NCBI GenBank assembly: GCA_030754595.1 | Contig: JASLZZ010000038.1 | Location: forward strand, 1-46,890 | Direction: 5' to 3' | DNA: 46,890 nt | Source: Nitrospinota bacterium | GTDB lineage: Bacteria > UBA8248 | Shown here: positions 28,400 to 38,999 of the stretch, piece by piece | Position numbering within the stretch: position 1 is the stretch's first letter | How the letters are laid out: each line of letters begins with the position of its first letter | Notes under the pieces: generated by a model | The model's database searches: none | Told to the model about the DNA's origin: nothing | What the model saw: the letters and a program-made list of their open reading frames with translations, nothing else | Translations under genes and position numbers: made by a program

Positions 28400-29703
28400 T
28401 TCCGCGCTACACCCGGCCCCAAATGGGCCGAATTTGGGAGGAAAAAGAAAAGTTCCAGCGCATGGTCGATGTCGAAATCGCCGTGTGCGAGGAACTCGCC
28501 GCCCGCGGCGAGATACCCGCCGACGCCATCGAGGCGATCCGCACGAAATCGACTTTCGACCCCGGACGCATCCGCGAGATCGAGCGGGTGACAAAACACG
28601 ACGTTATCGCCTTCCTCACGAACGTCGCGGAAAACGTGGGGCCCGCCTCCCGCTTCATCCACCTGGGCCTGACGAGCAGCGATGTACTCGACACCGGGCT
28701 CGCCCTTCAGCTGGTCTCGGCGGCCGGGCTCATCATCGACGCCCTCTCGGAGTTCCAGGACACCCTCAGGCGGCGCGCCCTCGAGCACCGCCGCACCGCC
28801 ATCGCGGGCCGATCGCACGGAATCCACGCCGAGCCGACCACTCTGGGCCTCAAAATCGCCGGCTGGTTCACCGAGTTCGAACGAGCCGAGGAAAGAATGA
28901 AAAGCGCGCGGGAGACCGTCCGGGTGGGCCAGATATCCGGGGCCGTTGGCGCCTGCCCCCACATCCCGCCCGATGTGGAGGAAGCCATCTGCCGCCGCCT
29001 GGGCCTCCAGGTGGACCCGGTGAGCTCCCAGATCATCCAGCGCGACCGCCACGCGGAATACATGACGGCCCTTGCGCTCATCGCGGCGAGCATCGCCCGC
29101 GTGGCGACCGAGGTGCGCCACCTCCAGCGCACCGAGGTCGGCGAGGCCGAGGAATTTTTCAGCCCGGGCCAGAAGGGAAGCTCTTCCATGCCACACAAGC
29201 GCAATCCGGTCGTCTCAGAGCAACTCTCCGGGCTCAGCCGCCTGGTTCAGTCGAACGCGATGGCCGCCCTCCAGAACGTTCCCCTGTGGCACGAGAGGGA
29301 CATCAGCCATTCTTCGGTCGAGCGGGTCATATTGCCCGACAGCATCATTCTCATCGACTATATGCTGCACAAACTCAACGATCTGATGGACAAGTGGGTG
29401 ATCTACCCGGAGCGCATGAAGGAGAACCTCGCCCGCTCGGGCGACCTGCTTTCGAGCGAGCACGTCATGCTCGCCCTCGTGCGGACGGGGCTCACCCGCG
29501 AGGAGGCTTACGGGCGGGTTCAGGGCCCCGCCATGGAGGCCTGGGCCGAGGGGACCGGCGGATTTCGGGCGAAACTAGCCGCCGACCCCGGCGTCGGCGG
29601 CGTCCTGGGGGAGGAATCTTTCGCCAATTGCTTTGATCTGGAAGCGCACTTCAAAAACATTGATGCGATATTCGAGCGCGTGTTCGGACCTCATTTCAAG
29701 TGA
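28396..29703 (+). CDS. purB: Adenylosuccinate lyase
   Basis: GTG start (IPRY), KHDVIAF, H.GLTSSD, GRSHG.HAEPTT, GSSSMPHKRNP, LWHERDISHSS.ER. Confidence 0.96.
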   Translation: MIPRYTRPQMGRIWEEKEKFQRMVDVEIAVCEELAARGEIPADAIEAIRTKSTFDPGRIREIERVTKHDVIAFLTNVAENVGPASRFIHLGLTSSDVLDTGLALQLVSAAGLIIDALSEFQDTLRRRALEHRRTAIAGRSHGIHAEPTTLGLKIAGWFTEFERAEERMKSARETVRVGQISGAVGACPHIPPDVEEAICRRLGLQVDPVSSQIIQRDRHAEYMTALALIAASIARVATEVRHLQRTEVGEAEEFFSPGQKGSSSMPHKRNPVVSEQLSGLSRLVQSNAMAALQNVPLWHERDISHSSVERVILPDSIILIDYMLHKLNDLMDKWVIYPERMKENLARSGDLLSSEHVMLALVRTGLTREEAYGRVQGPAMEAWAEGTGGFRAKLAADPGVGGVLGEESFANCFDLEAHFKNIDAIFERVFGPHFK

Positions 29704-29780
29704 TCTCACCGGGCCTTCTCTATGGTAGGATCGCCCCTCGTTGGCGCACCCGGCAGGCCCCGGAAACTGGAGCGATGAAA

Positions 29781-30494
29781 ATGGAACGGCGAAACCAGGT
29801 GTACGAAGGCAAGGCCAAGATACTCTACGAAACCGATGATCCCGCTTACCTCATACAATATTTCAAGGATGACGCGAGCGCCTTTAACGCCAAGAAGCTG
29901 GGGTCCATCGAATCCAAGGGCATCTTCAACAACCGGATATCCACCCGGCTTTTTCAGGAAGTCGAGGCCAACGGCATCCCCACCCACTTCGTCAAAAACC
30001 TCTCCGAGCGGGAGATGCTTGTGAAGCGGGTCGATATCATCATGGTCGAGATCGTCCTCAGAAATGTTATCGCGGGCAACCTCGCCAAGCGGATGGGCGT
30101 CGAGGAGGGGAAGCGGCTCCCTCATCCAATCATCGATTTGCACCTTAAAAACGATGCGCTCGACGATCCCCTCATCAACGAGGACACGGCTTCAGCCTTC
30201 GATCTGGGCACCCGGGAGGAAATGGCCCAGGCGCGGGAGTATGCCCTCAAGGTGAACGATATCCTCATGAAATTTTTCGCGGCCCGGAACGTCGACCTGA
30301 TCGATTTCAAGCTCGAATTCGGCCGCTGCGCCGCCGAGGGCGGGAAGATGATCCTCGCCGACGAGATCACCCCTGACGGCTGCCGGCTCTGGGAAAAGGG
30401 CACCGGCCGTAAAATGGACAAAGACAGGTTCCGCCGCGACCTCGGGAACATCGAGGCCACATACGCCGAGGTGGACCGGCTTGTGACCTCCTGA
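29781..30494 (+). CDS. purC: SAICAR synthase
   Basis: YEGKAK, FKDDA.AFN..K, LIDFKLEFG, LADEI.PD.CRLW, DKDRFR; GGAG RBS. Confidence 0.96.
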   Translation: MERRNQVYEGKAKILYETDDPAYLIQYFKDDASAFNAKKLGSIESKGIFNNRISTRLFQEVEANGIPTHFVKNLSEREMLVKRVDIIMVEIVLRNVIAGNLAKRMGVEEGKRLPHPIIDLHLKNDALDDPLINEDTASAFDLGTREEMAQAREYALKVNDILMKFFAARNVDLIDFKLEFGRCAAEGGKMILADEITPDGCRLWEKGTGRKMDKDRFRRDLGNIEATYAEVDRLVTS

Positions 30495-30571
30495 CCCGCG
30501 GCGGCATCGCCGGCTGTTAACCTAAACACACAATCCGCTTTCCGCTTTGGCCCGAACCGGGCCGGAGCCAG

Positions 30572-30871
30572 ATGAACCACCCGGAGCGAAGCTTGGCTAA
30601 GGCGCTCATTTACATCACTTACAAAAACGGCGTACTCGACCCCCAGGGGCAGGCGGTCAAGGGCGCCCTCGCCTCACTCGGATTCGAGGGCGTGGGCGAT
30701 GTGCGCGTCGGAAAGTACATCGAAATCGAACTTTCTGACTCTCCGCCGGAAGACATGAAAGCCCGGGCCGAGAAAATGTGCCGGGACCTTCTGGCCAATC
30801 CGGTCATCGAGGACTTCCGGATCGAATTGCCCGGCGTACCGGACGCGCCTGTCGCGCCGGACGAGCGATGA
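30572..30871 (+). CDS. purS: FGAM synthase subunit PurS
   Basis: K.GVLDPQG.AV..AL..LG, VRVGK, LLANPVIE. Start may be the TTG near 30593. Confidence 0.94.
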   Translation: MNHPERSLAKALIYITYKNGVLDPQGQAVKGALASLGFEGVGDVRVGKYIEIELSDSPPEDMKARAEKMCRDLLANPVIEDFRIELPGVPDAPVAPDER

Positions 30872-31560
30872 ATTTCGCTGTCATCGTTTTTCCAGGCTCG
30901 AATTGCGATCACGACTGCCACCACGCCGCCGGCGCCGTCCTTGGCCAACCCACCTCCCTCGTCTGGCACAAGGATTCCGATCTCGGGGACGCTGAGGTCG
31001 TCATCGTCCCCGGCGGCTTTAGTTACGGGGATTATCTTCGGGCGGGGGCGATTTCGCGCTTTTCTCCCATCATGAAAGCCGTCGCCGCCCACGCGAACGC
31101 GGGCCGCCCGGTCATCGGAATTTGCAACGGCTTTCAAATTCTCACCGAGGCGGGGCTCCTCCCGGGCGCTCTGCACCGAAACGCCTCCCTGCGATTCATC
31201 TGCGAAGATGTCCACGTCCGGTGCGAGACGCCGAGAACCCCCTTCACGAGGGATATTCCGGCGGGCGAAACGCTCCGGATGCCGATCGCGCACGGCGAGG
31301 GAAACTACTTCTGCGATCCGGACACACTGGCGGCGCTCGAGGACAACGATCAAATCGTCTTTAAATACTGCGACTCCGAGGGAAGCCTCGAGAGCACGGC
31401 CAACCCCAACGGCTCGCTCGGCCATATCGCCGGCGTCTGCAATCAGGGCAGCAACGTCGTGGGCCTGATGCCCCATCCCGAGCGCGCCAGCGAGGCGGCC
31501 CTCGGGGGCGACGACGGCCTCCGGGTTTTTTCATCCGTACTGGCCGGGGCGGTGTCATGA
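30868..31560 (+). CDS. purQ: FGAM synthase glutaminase subunit PurQ
   Basis: [42 protein letters not shown]. Confidence 0.96.
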   Translation: MNFAVIVFPGSNCDHDCHHAAGAVLGQPTSLVWHKDSDLGDAEVVIVPGGFSYGDYLRAGAISRFSPIMKAVAAHANAGRPVIGICNGFQILTEAGLLPGALHRNASLRFICEDVHVRCETPRTPFTRDIPAGETLRMPIAHGEGNYFCDPDTLAALEDNDQIVFKYCDSEGSLESTANPNGSLGHIAGVCNQGSNVVGLMPHPERASEAALGGDDGLRVFSSVLAGAVS

Positions 31561-33800
31561 CGCCGGCCGCCGCCGAGCCCGAAACCCACCTCACGATTGC
31601 TCTCGAGCACGGGCTCTCGGCGGAGGAGTGGGAGCGCATCCTCAAGACCCTCGGCCGCAAGCCCACCATGACCGAGCTTGGCATCTTCTCGGCCATGTGG
31701 AACGAACACTGCTCCTATAAAAGCAGCCGCGTCCATCTGAAAAAATTCCCCACCGAGGGCCCCCGCGTCCTCCAGGGGCCCGGGGAGAACGCCGGAGTCG
31801 TGGACATCGGCGGCGGACTGGCCGTGGCCTTCAAGATGGAGAGTCATAACCACCCTTCCTTCATCGAACCCTATCAGGGGGCGGCCACCGGGGTTGGGGG
31901 GATTCTCCGCGACATTTTCACGATGGGCGCCCGGCCAATCGCACTCCTCGACAGCCTCCGTTTCGGCGCCCGGGACCACGAGCGCACCCCCTACCTCGTG
32001 AACGGCGTCGTCTCCGGAATCGCCGGCTACGGGAACTGCATGGGAGTCCCCACGGTGGGCGGGGAAACCTATTTTCACCCCTGCTACAACGGGAACATCC
32101 TGGTCAACGTGATGTGCGTGGGAATCATGAAGGCCGATAATATCTTCCTCGGCGAGGCGGCCGGGGTGGGCAATCCGGTGATCCATGTCGGCGCCCCCAC
32201 GGGAAGGGACGGCATCCACGGCGCCTCGATGGCCTCGGCCGGCTTCGATGAATCCGCCTCCGAAAAGCGGCCGACGGTCCAGGTGGGCGACCCGTTCAGG
32301 GAAAAACTCCTCCTCGAGGCCTGCCTCGAGTTGATGGACCGGGGCGCCGTCGTCGGGATTCAGGACATGGGAGCGGCGGGCCTGACGAGTTCGGGGGTGG
32401 AGATGGCCGGCCGGGCCGGGACGGGCCTCGTCCTCCGGCTTGACGATGCGCCCGCCCGCGAGGAGGGGATGACACCCTACGAATTCATGCTCTCGGAGAG
32501 CCAGGAGCGAATGCTCCTCGTCGCAGAGCGGGGCCACGAAGCCGAGGTCCGCGAGATTTTCGAGCGCTGGGACCTGCCGATGGCGGTCGTGGGCGAGGTG
32601 ACGGACGACGGGCGCCTCCGCGTGGAGGCCGGCGGCCGCTCCTACGCCTACCTTCCCATCGGTCTCCTGACGGACGAGGCTCCGGTCTACGAGAGGGAGA
32701 TGAAATCCGAGCGCGAGCTACCGGCGACCGACCCGCTCGAGACGCTCCGGGATGAAATCGATCTGGGCGCCTCACTCCTCACCCTGATGGCCCACCCGAA
32801 TCTGGGGCGGAAAACGCCGATATGGCGGCAATACGACTATATGGTGCGCACTAACACGCTGGCGCCGCCGGGCGGGGACGCGGCTGTGCTCAGGGTCAAG
32901 GGCACGGACAAGTCCCTCGCCATCACGACCGACGGCAACGCGCGCTACTGCATGCTCGACCCTCATGCCGGAGGGATGCTCGCGGTGGCCGAGGCGGCGC
33001 GGAACCTCAGCTGCACCGGCGCCACCCCGCTGGCGATGACGAACTGCCTCAACTTCGGCAACCCCGAGAGGCCCGCCGTGATGGCCCAGTTCTCGGCCGC
33101 CATCGAGGGGATGTCCGAGGCCTGCCGTGCGCTGGGCGTCCCGGTCGTTAGCGGAAACGTCAGCTTCTATAACGAAACCCACGGGGTGGACATCTACCCC
33201 ACCCCAATCGTTGGAATGGTGGGCCTCCTCGAGGATTCGGAAAATCACACCGGCTCGGGCTTCCGCCGCGAGGGGGATGTCGTCGCGCTTCTTTATCCGG
33301 CCGGCGAAGCTCCGATGCCCGAAGGAGGCGCCCACGAGTACGTCTGGACGCTCTCGGGCCGGGAGGGAGGGAGCCCCCCCGCGATATCCTTCGAGGCCGA
33401 GGCGGCCGTCCAGGACCTTTGCCGGAGCGCCATCGCCTCGGGCCTGCTGAATTCGGCCCACGACCTATCGGAGGGAGGGCTGGGGGTGGCCCTCGCCGAG
33501 TCCGCACTCGCCTCTCCGGAGGGGGCGCTCGGGGCCGACATCCGGATACCCGGGGGGGGGGGCCGTATCGACGCCCTGTTTTTTGGAGAGCCCGCCTCGC
33601 GGATTCTCGTCTCCGCCCCGCCCGGCTCGTTTGAACATTTGAGGGAAATGGCGGAAAGTCTCGAAGTCGGCTGCCTTGAAATCGGGCGGACGACCGAGGG
33701 CGGCCTCCGGGTTGAGGCGCCCGGCGGAGACCCGGTCATGGAGTTGGACATGGATCATCTGATGTCCGCCTGGAACGGCGCCCTGGGAGAGATTCTTTAA
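31557..33800 (+). CDS. purL: FGAM synthase subunit PurL (small type)
   Basis: [63 protein letters not shown]. Confidence 0.97.
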   Translation: MTPAAAEPETHLTIALEHGLSAEEWERILKTLGRKPTMTELGIFSAMWNEHCSYKSSRVHLKKFPTEGPRVLQGPGENAGVVDIGGGLAVAFKMESHNHPSFIEPYQGAATGVGGILRDIFTMGARPIALLDSLRFGARDHERTPYLVNGVVSGIAGYGNCMGVPTVGGETYFHPCYNGNILVNVMCVGIMKADNIFLGEAAGVGNPVIHVGAPTGRDGIHGASMASAGFDESASEKRPTVQVGDPFREKLLLEACLELMDRGAVVGIQDMGAAGLTSSGVEMAGRAGTGLVLRLDDAPAREEGMTPYEFMLSESQERMLLVAERGHEAEVREIFERWDLPMAVVGEVTDDGRLRVEAGGRSYAYLPIGLLTDEAPVYEREMKSERELPATDPLETLRDEIDLGASLLTLMAHPNLGRKTPIWRQYDYMVRTNTLAPPGGDAAVLRVKGTDKSLAITTDGNARYCMLDPHAGGMLAVAEAARNLSCTGATPLAMTNCLNFGNPERPAVMAQFSAAIEGMSEACRALGVPVVSGNVSFYNETHGVDIYPTPIVGMVGLLEDSENHTGSGFRREGDVVALLYPAGEAPMPEGGAHEYVWTLSGREGGSPPAISFEAEAAVQDLCRSAIASGLLNSAHDLSEGGLGVALAESALASPEGALGADIRIPGGGGRIDALFFGEPASRILVSAPPGSFEHLREMAESLEVGCLEIGRTTEGGLRVEAPGGDPVMELDMDHLMSAWNGALGEIL

Positions 33801-35242
33801 TGCCGATGGCAGACGAGAGCGTCCACGAATCCTGCGCCGTATTCGGAATCCACGGCCACGACGAAGCGGCGAACCTGACCTACCTGGGCCTCTACGCCCT
33901 TCAGCATCGCGGGCAGGAGAGTTCGGGAATCGTCGCCTCCGACGGAGAACGGGTCCACAGCGAAATCGGAATGGGCCACGTCGCCGATATTTTCGACGAA
34001 GATCGGCTCTCGAAGCTGGGCGGCCACATGGCCATCGGGCATAACCGCTACTCAACCGCCGGCCAGTCGGGAATTACAAACGCCCAGCCCTTCTTGATCG
34101 ACCACTCCCGCGGCATTCTTGCCCTCGGCCACAATGGCAACCTCGTCAACGCCGCACGCCTGAGAAGAGATCTCGAGGAAAAGGGCTCCATATTCAGGAG
34201 CACGACCGACAGCGAAGTCATCCTCCACCTCATCGCCCGCTCCTCGGAGAAGGACACCGAACACGCCATCGCCGACGCACTCAACCATCTCGAAGGCGCG
34301 TTCACCCTCACGATGATGACGCGCAACCTCCTCATCGGCGTCCGCGACCCACACGGCTTCAGGCCGTTGGTACTCGGAAAAATCGCGAGCGATCAGGGGG
34401 AACCCGCCTGGGTCATGGCGAGCGAAACCTGCGCCCTTGACCTTATCGAAGCCGAGTTCGAGCGGGAAATTCTACCCGGCGAAATGCTCATCGTCGACGA
34501 AAACGGCCCCCGGAGCATCTTCCCCTTTCCTCCCTCCCAACCGAAGCAATGCATATTCGAATTCATCTACTTCGCCAGGCCCGACAGCCACATCTTCGGA
34601 GACGACGTATATTCTGTCCGCCGCGAACTCGGCGTCCAACTCGCGAGGGAAAACCCCGTCGACGCCGATATGGTCATTCCCGTACCCGACTCGGGACTCG
34701 CCGTCGCTACCGGTTATGCCGCCGAATCGGGCCTGCCCATGGAAATGGGGTTGGTCAGAAATCACTACGTCGGCCGCACGTTCATCGAACCCCAAAACGC
34801 CATTCGGCACTTCGGCGTCAAGGTGAAACTCAATCCCATGAGATCCTTTCTCGAGGGGAAACGCGTCGTCGTTGTGGACGACTCTATTGTCCGGGGGACA
34901 ACCAGCCTGAAGATCGTCGACATGATTCGCCAGGCGGGTGCGATCAAAGTTCACATGCGGATCAGCTCTCCCCCGATTACAAGCCCGTGTTACTACGGAA
35001 TCGACATGCCCACCCACGATGAATTAATCGCATCGTCAAATTCCATCGAGGAGATACGGGCCCATCTTCTCGCCGACTCTTTGGCCTACTTGAGCCTGGA
35101 GGGACTCATGAAATGCGTCGCTCCCCGCGAGGGCGATTTCTGCACTTCTTGCTTCAACGGAATCTATCCTGTTCCGGTCGAATTCAAGGATGCCCAGCTT
35201 CCGCTCTTCCGGGAGCTTCGGACGAGCGAGCACAGGGCCTGA
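33800..35242 (+). CDS. purF: Amidophosphoribosyltransferase
   Basis: Propeptide then catalytic Cys (HESCAVFG), LQHRGQES, GH.RYST, C.FE.IYFARPDS, VDDSIVRG.T, Fe-S cysteines CYYG and FC.SCF. Confidence 0.97.
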   Translation: MPMADESVHESCAVFGIHGHDEAANLTYLGLYALQHRGQESSGIVASDGERVHSEIGMGHVADIFDEDRLSKLGGHMAIGHNRYSTAGQSGITNAQPFLIDHSRGILALGHNGNLVNAARLRRDLEEKGSIFRSTTDSEVILHLIARSSEKDTEHAIADALNHLEGAFTLTMMTRNLLIGVRDPHGFRPLVLGKIASDQGEPAWVMASETCALDLIEAEFEREILPGEMLIVDENGPRSIFPFPPSQPKQCIFEFIYFARPDSHIFGDDVYSVRRELGVQLARENPVDADMVIPVPDSGLAVATGYAAESGLPMEMGLVRNHYVGRTFIEPQNAIRHFGVKVKLNPMRSFLEGKRVVVVDDSIVRGTTSLKIVDMIRQAGAIKVHMRISSPPITSPCYYGIDMPTHDELIASSNSIEEIRAHLLADSLAYLSLEGLMKCVAPREGDFCTSCFNGIYPVPVEFKDAQLPLFRELRTSEHRA

Positions 35243-35310
35243 CCGGATTAATAACCAACATGTCCAACCCATATGCCGGTTTCTGCGATTATTCCTCAAC
35301 AACTCTTTAA

Positions 35311-35339
35311 TTGACCAAATAAATCTCAACGGGTATGAT
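35311..35339 (+). promoter_or_regulatory. Putative sigma-70 promoter
   Basis: TTGACC-17 bp-TATGAT; supports ATG 35400 as the start of the next gene. Confidence 0.65.
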
Positions 35340-35399
35340 TTTGACCGTACCTCTTCCCAAGCCTTTCGCCCAAATCCAAGGATTGATTTGCGAGTTTTT

Positions 35400-36974
35400 A
35401 TGTCAAATTTTTCCAAGTGGATAAGTTACGCAACGATTTTAATCGCCTCGGGTTGCACTGCCGGTGGCACCCTGGCCTCGAAAATACCCCCCCGGACCCC
35501 ACATCGCCCCGTATCCATCACCCTCCCTAAACCCACGGCACAGGCCACCAAGCCGAAAGTGTCCACCCGGCCCTCTCGGCCCTCCCCTCCGCCGTCGCCC
35601 CAGGCCACTCCGGAGGCCAGCGCCAAACCGGAAAGATTTGAGGCGGAGATTTCCGATTCCCAAATCTCCGATTCCCAAATCTTCGATTCTCCGGCTCCAC
35701 CTCACGATCTGGTCCTCGACCTCCCCGATTCGGCGGAGGAAGAAGAACACGCCCCCGGAGAACGCGCCACCCCGGCAACCGGCGGGCAGAGGCCCACACC
35801 GTTTCTTTACGATGTTCCCATTGTCAGAAATTCAGCCGTGGACCGGTGGATCGAATATTTCACCGGTCCGGGCCGAAAAAATTTCTCGGAATGGCTTCGC
35901 CGCGGCGGCCGCTATATGAACCGGTTCCGGGAAATTCTGCGTGAAAAAGGTCTTCCGCAGGACCTGGCCTACCTCGCCCTCATCGAAAGCGGGTTCAGTC
36001 TTCGCGCCCGTTCCCGGGCGGGGGCCGTCGGGCCCTGGCAATTCATGCGGGCCACCGCAAGGCGAAAAGGACTCAAGGTGAACCGCTACATCGACGAGCG
36101 CAGGGACCCGGATAAGGCCACCCGCGCCGCCGCCTTATTCCTGGGTGAATTGCACGAGGAATTTCAGGATTGGCATCTCGCGCTCGCCGCTTATAACAGC
36201 GGCGAAAACAGGGTTCGCCGCGCCATCCGCAGGACCGGCCGAAAAACCTATTGGGCGCTGGTCCGAACCCGCCACCTTCCGAAAGAAACCAAAAACTATG
36301 TGCCCAAATTCCTGGCCGGTATGATCATCGCCAAAAATCCAGAAGTTTTTGGATTTTCCGGAATCGAGTATGCCCGCCCCTTGAGGTACGACACGGTCGC
36401 CCTTCCAAGGGGGATGAGTCTACGGGCCATCTCCCGGCTGTCAGGGGTTTCTCTCAAGGAGTTGACTGAACTCAATTCCGAGCTTCGTTGGTACGTCACT
36501 CCCCCGATCAAGGGGCACCTCCTCCGCCTTCCGACGGGAAAGGCGGGACAATTTCTCGAGCTACTCGCCAACTCGCCCAAGGCTTTTCTGCCGGAATCGG
36601 GCCGCTACCGGATACTTCCGGGAGACACCTTCGGGGCCATCGCCCTGCGGTTCGGAATTCGCCTCAAGAAACTCCTCGAGCTCAACGCCCACCTCAATCC
36701 GAGGCGGCTACGCGTGGGCACGAGAATTTTGCTGCCCAAACGCAAGAAACCGAGAAAAGTATCCTTTGCAAAGATGAAAACCCGGCCCAAAAAACAAGCC
36801 GCGCGGAACGGCTCGAGAAAACGCCGGAGCGATCGACACGTCGTTGGACCCGGTGAAAACGTTTGGGTCATCGCCCGGCGTTACGGCGTCTCTCCGAACC
36901 AAATTCTCCGGTTGAACGGCCTCTCGCCATCGACCACGATTTTTCCCGGCAAACGACTTAGAATCCATCAGTAA
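35400..36974 (+). CDS. MltD-like lytic murein transglycosylase lipoprotein with LysM domains
   Basis: Lipobox IASGC, Pro-rich linker, SLT motifs (IESG, GA.G.WQFM, DERRDP, LAAYN.G, LPKET.NYVPK) and C-terminal LysM repeats. Confidence 0.92.
   Translation: MSNFSKWISYATILIASGCTAGGTLASKIPPRTPHRPVSITLPKPTAQATKPKVSTRPSRPSPPPSPQATPEASAKPERFEAEISDSQISDSQIFDSPAPPHDLVLDLPDSAEEEEHAPGERATPATGGQRPTPFLYDVPIVRNSAVDRWIEYFTGPGRKNFSEWLRRGGRYMNRFREILREKGLPQDLAYLALIESGFSLRARSRAGAVGPWQFMRATARRKGLKVNRYIDERRDPDKATRAAALFLGELHEEFQDWHLALAAYNSGENRVRRAIRRTGRKTYWALVRTRHLPKETKNYVPKFLAGMIIAKNPEVFGFSGIEYARPLRYDTVALPRGMSLRAISRLSGVSLKELTELNSELRWYVTPPIKGHLLRLPTGKAGQFLELLANSPKAFLPESGRYRILPGDTFGAIALRFGIRLKKLLELNAHLNPRRLRVGTRILLPKRKKPRKVSFAKMKTRPKKQAARNGSRKRRSDRHVVGPGENVWVIARRYGVSPNQILRLNGLSPSTTIFPGKRLRIHQ
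35649..35693 (+). repeat. In-frame 15-bp tandem repeat (x3)
   Basis: ATTTCCGATTCCCAA / ATCTCCGATTCCCAA / ATCTTCGATTCTCCG encoding ISDSQ-ISDSQ-IFDSP. Confidence 0.8.
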
Positions 36975-37036
36975 ATAATCCCGGCTCCCGCTAACCCCCG
37001 TGGTGGAGGCCAGTGCCGCTCCCGGATCCCCTTTCC

Positions 37037-37066
37037 TTGACACTACTCCGGCGACTCACCTAAGAT
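37037..37066 (+). promoter_or_regulatory. Putative sigma-70 promoter of the bamD gene run
   Basis: TTGACA-18 bp-TAAGAT. Confidence 0.55.
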
Positions 37067-37163
37067 TTGGTTGGGAGATGGGGGGGAGACGCGCCGGCCG
37101 AATCCATTTTCCCGCAAACGACTGATTTTATAAGCAGTATTCCCAAGACCTCCTCTCACCGAG

Positions 37164-37934
37164 ATGAAGCATATGCGCTCTAGCCGGACAAAAACCATTA
37201 TCCTGGCAACTACCACCGCAATGATTATTTCGGGGTGCATCTCGCGGCCCAAGGAACAGGCAACCCCGGGCGAATTATTCATCCTGGGCCAGCAGGATCT
37301 GAAATCGGATCGATTCGAGGCGGCGCGCCTGGCCTTCAAACGCCTCCTTCGGGAATACCCGGACAGCAAACATCGCCGCAATGCCCTTCTGAATCTCGCC
37401 GACTCCTATTTCAAGGAAGAGGAATATATCGAGGCGAAGGTCCAATATTCCGAGTACGTGCAACTCTATCCGGTGAGCCCGAATACCTCGAGGGCCTACT
37501 ATTTTCTAGGGATGTCGGATTTCAACCGAATCCTCTCCTTCGACAGAGATCAATCGATCGCCCGCGATGCCCTGAAAAGTTTCATGGCACTCAAGAAACG
37601 GTTCCCCAAGTCCAAATACGGCGCCAAGGCCAACGAGAAAATTATCGAGACCAGGAAAATTGTCGCTGATAGCGGATTATTTATCGCGAAGTTTTACCTC
37701 AAGCGGGGGAAGCGCGTGTCCGCTATCCCGAGGTTCAAGGAGATCATCAAGGAGTACCGCGACCTGCCCGCTCTTCGGGCCGAAGCTATTTACTTCCTCG
37801 GCGAAAGTTTTCGCCTTGAGGAGAGTTACAACAAAGCCGGACAAATGTATCGGACCCTCATAGACGAACATCCGACGAGCCCATTTTCCCAGGATGCGTA
37901 TGACCGCCTCCTCGCGATGACGAATAACAGGTAA
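37164..37934 (+). CDS. bamD: Outer membrane protein assembly factor BamD
   Basis: Lipobox IISGC, TPR-like helices, YP.S repeats, DRDQS....A...F, IA.FY.KR....AI.RF. Confidence 0.9.
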   Translation: MKHMRSSRTKTIILATTTAMIISGCISRPKEQATPGELFILGQQDLKSDRFEAARLAFKRLLREYPDSKHRRNALLNLADSYFKEEEYIEAKVQYSEYVQLYPVSPNTSRAYYFLGMSDFNRILSFDRDQSIARDALKSFMALKKRFPKSKYGAKANEKIIETRKIVADSGLFIAKFYLKRGKRVSAIPRFKEIIKEYRDLPALRAEAIYFLGESFRLEESYNKAGQMYRTLIDEHPTSPFSQDAYDRLLAMTNNR

Positions 37935-38000
37935 CGAGCCTTGGCCGCATTTTGCGGCCGGACGAACAAGCCGTATCGGATCCAAATCAGGACAAATTAG

Positions 38001-38996
38001 ATGGTCAAAAAAAACACATCGCCCAAGAAGACCAAGCGCCCGAAGACCGCCAAAAAGAAAAAAAAACCCGCCTCGAAACCGCCTGAGCAGGTTACCGATC
38101 CAAAAAACTCCGGCGATTTCGAAGACGCCGTTCTCCCTAAAATCAATCCCGTAAAGGCCAGCGACCCCAGCCTCGGCGAGGACACCCTTTCCATCTATCT
38201 CCACGAACTAGGCAAATACGACGTTCTCAGCCGGGAGGACGAACACGAATACGCGGTCAAGGTGAAAAACGGTTCCGAGGAAGCTTTCAACCATCTTGTC
38301 CGCTCGAATCTCAGGTATGTCGTCAGTGTCGCGAACCGCTACAAGGGACTCGGCCTATCCCTCGAAGATTTGATCAATGAAGGAAATATCGGCCTGATTC
38401 ACGCCATACGCCGCTTCGACCCGGATCGCGGCGTCAAGCTCATCACCTACGCCGTCTGGTGGATTCGCCAGGGCATCATGCACGCCATCGCCGATCAAAC
38501 CGGCACCGTGCGTCTGCCTATCAAACAGGCCGGATTGATGCACAAAATATCGTCCACCTACCGCACCCTCCGGCAGGAATTGGGCCGGGAGGCTACCACC
38601 GAGGAACTGGCCGAGCGTCTTCAGGTAAAAATGGGAGACATCGAAAACGTCATGCGCGTCTACCGGACCTATCTCTCGCTCGATGCGCCGATTTCGGATG
38701 GGGGCGAGACGAGCTACCTAGACATGCTCGAGGAGAAAGATGCCGTCTCGGCGGAGGAAAATCTTTTTCAACATTCCATGGAAGACGATATCGACGAACT
38801 TCTCAGGGATTTGGAGCCTCGCGAGAAAGAAATCATTCGCATGCGGTTTGGCTTCGATGGAGATCCCATGACCCTGGAGGAGATTGGCCGTAAGATCGGC
38901 CTCTCCCGGGAGCGAATCCGCCAAATCGAGAAAAAAGTGTTCCGCCGATTTAGGGCGCGGGCAAAGAACAAAACCCTCCTGGACTATTTGAGATAA
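38001..38996 (+). CDS. Sigma-70 family RNA polymerase sigma factor (RpoD/RpoS-like, no region 1.1)
   Basis: Region 1.2 YL.E......L..E.E, SNLR.VV..A..Y, DLI.EGN.GL, TYA.WWIRQ, TLEEIG...LSRERIRQIE. Confidence 0.93.
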   Translation: MVKKNTSPKKTKRPKTAKKKKKPASKPPEQVTDPKNSGDFEDAVLPKINPVKASDPSLGEDTLSIYLHELGKYDVLSREDEHEYAVKVKNGSEEAFNHLVRSNLRYVVSVANRYKGLGLSLEDLINEGNIGLIHAIRRFDPDRGVKLITYAVWWIRQGIMHAIADQTGTVRLPIKQAGLMHKISSTYRTLRQELGREATTEELAERLQVKMGDIENVMRVYRTYLSLDAPISDGGETSYLDMLEEKDAVSAEENLFQHSMEDDIDELLRDLEPREKEIIRMRFGFDGDPMTLEEIGRKIGLSRERIRQIEKKVFRRFRARAKNKTLLDYLR

Positions 38997-38999
38997 GTC

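Noticed and set aside
29700..29780. Purine/ZTP riboswitch or internal promoter before purC
   Set aside because: The gap is too short for a riboswitch; there is only an extended -10-like TGGTAGGAT with no -35.
1088..33751. Long antisense or alternate-frame ORFs (e.g. 1689-2918, 5706-7169, 14021-15352, 15572-16783, 20137-21159, 28311-29636, 31443-32537)
   Set aside because: They are shadows of well-conserved genes in high-GC DNA, with no recognisable motifs.
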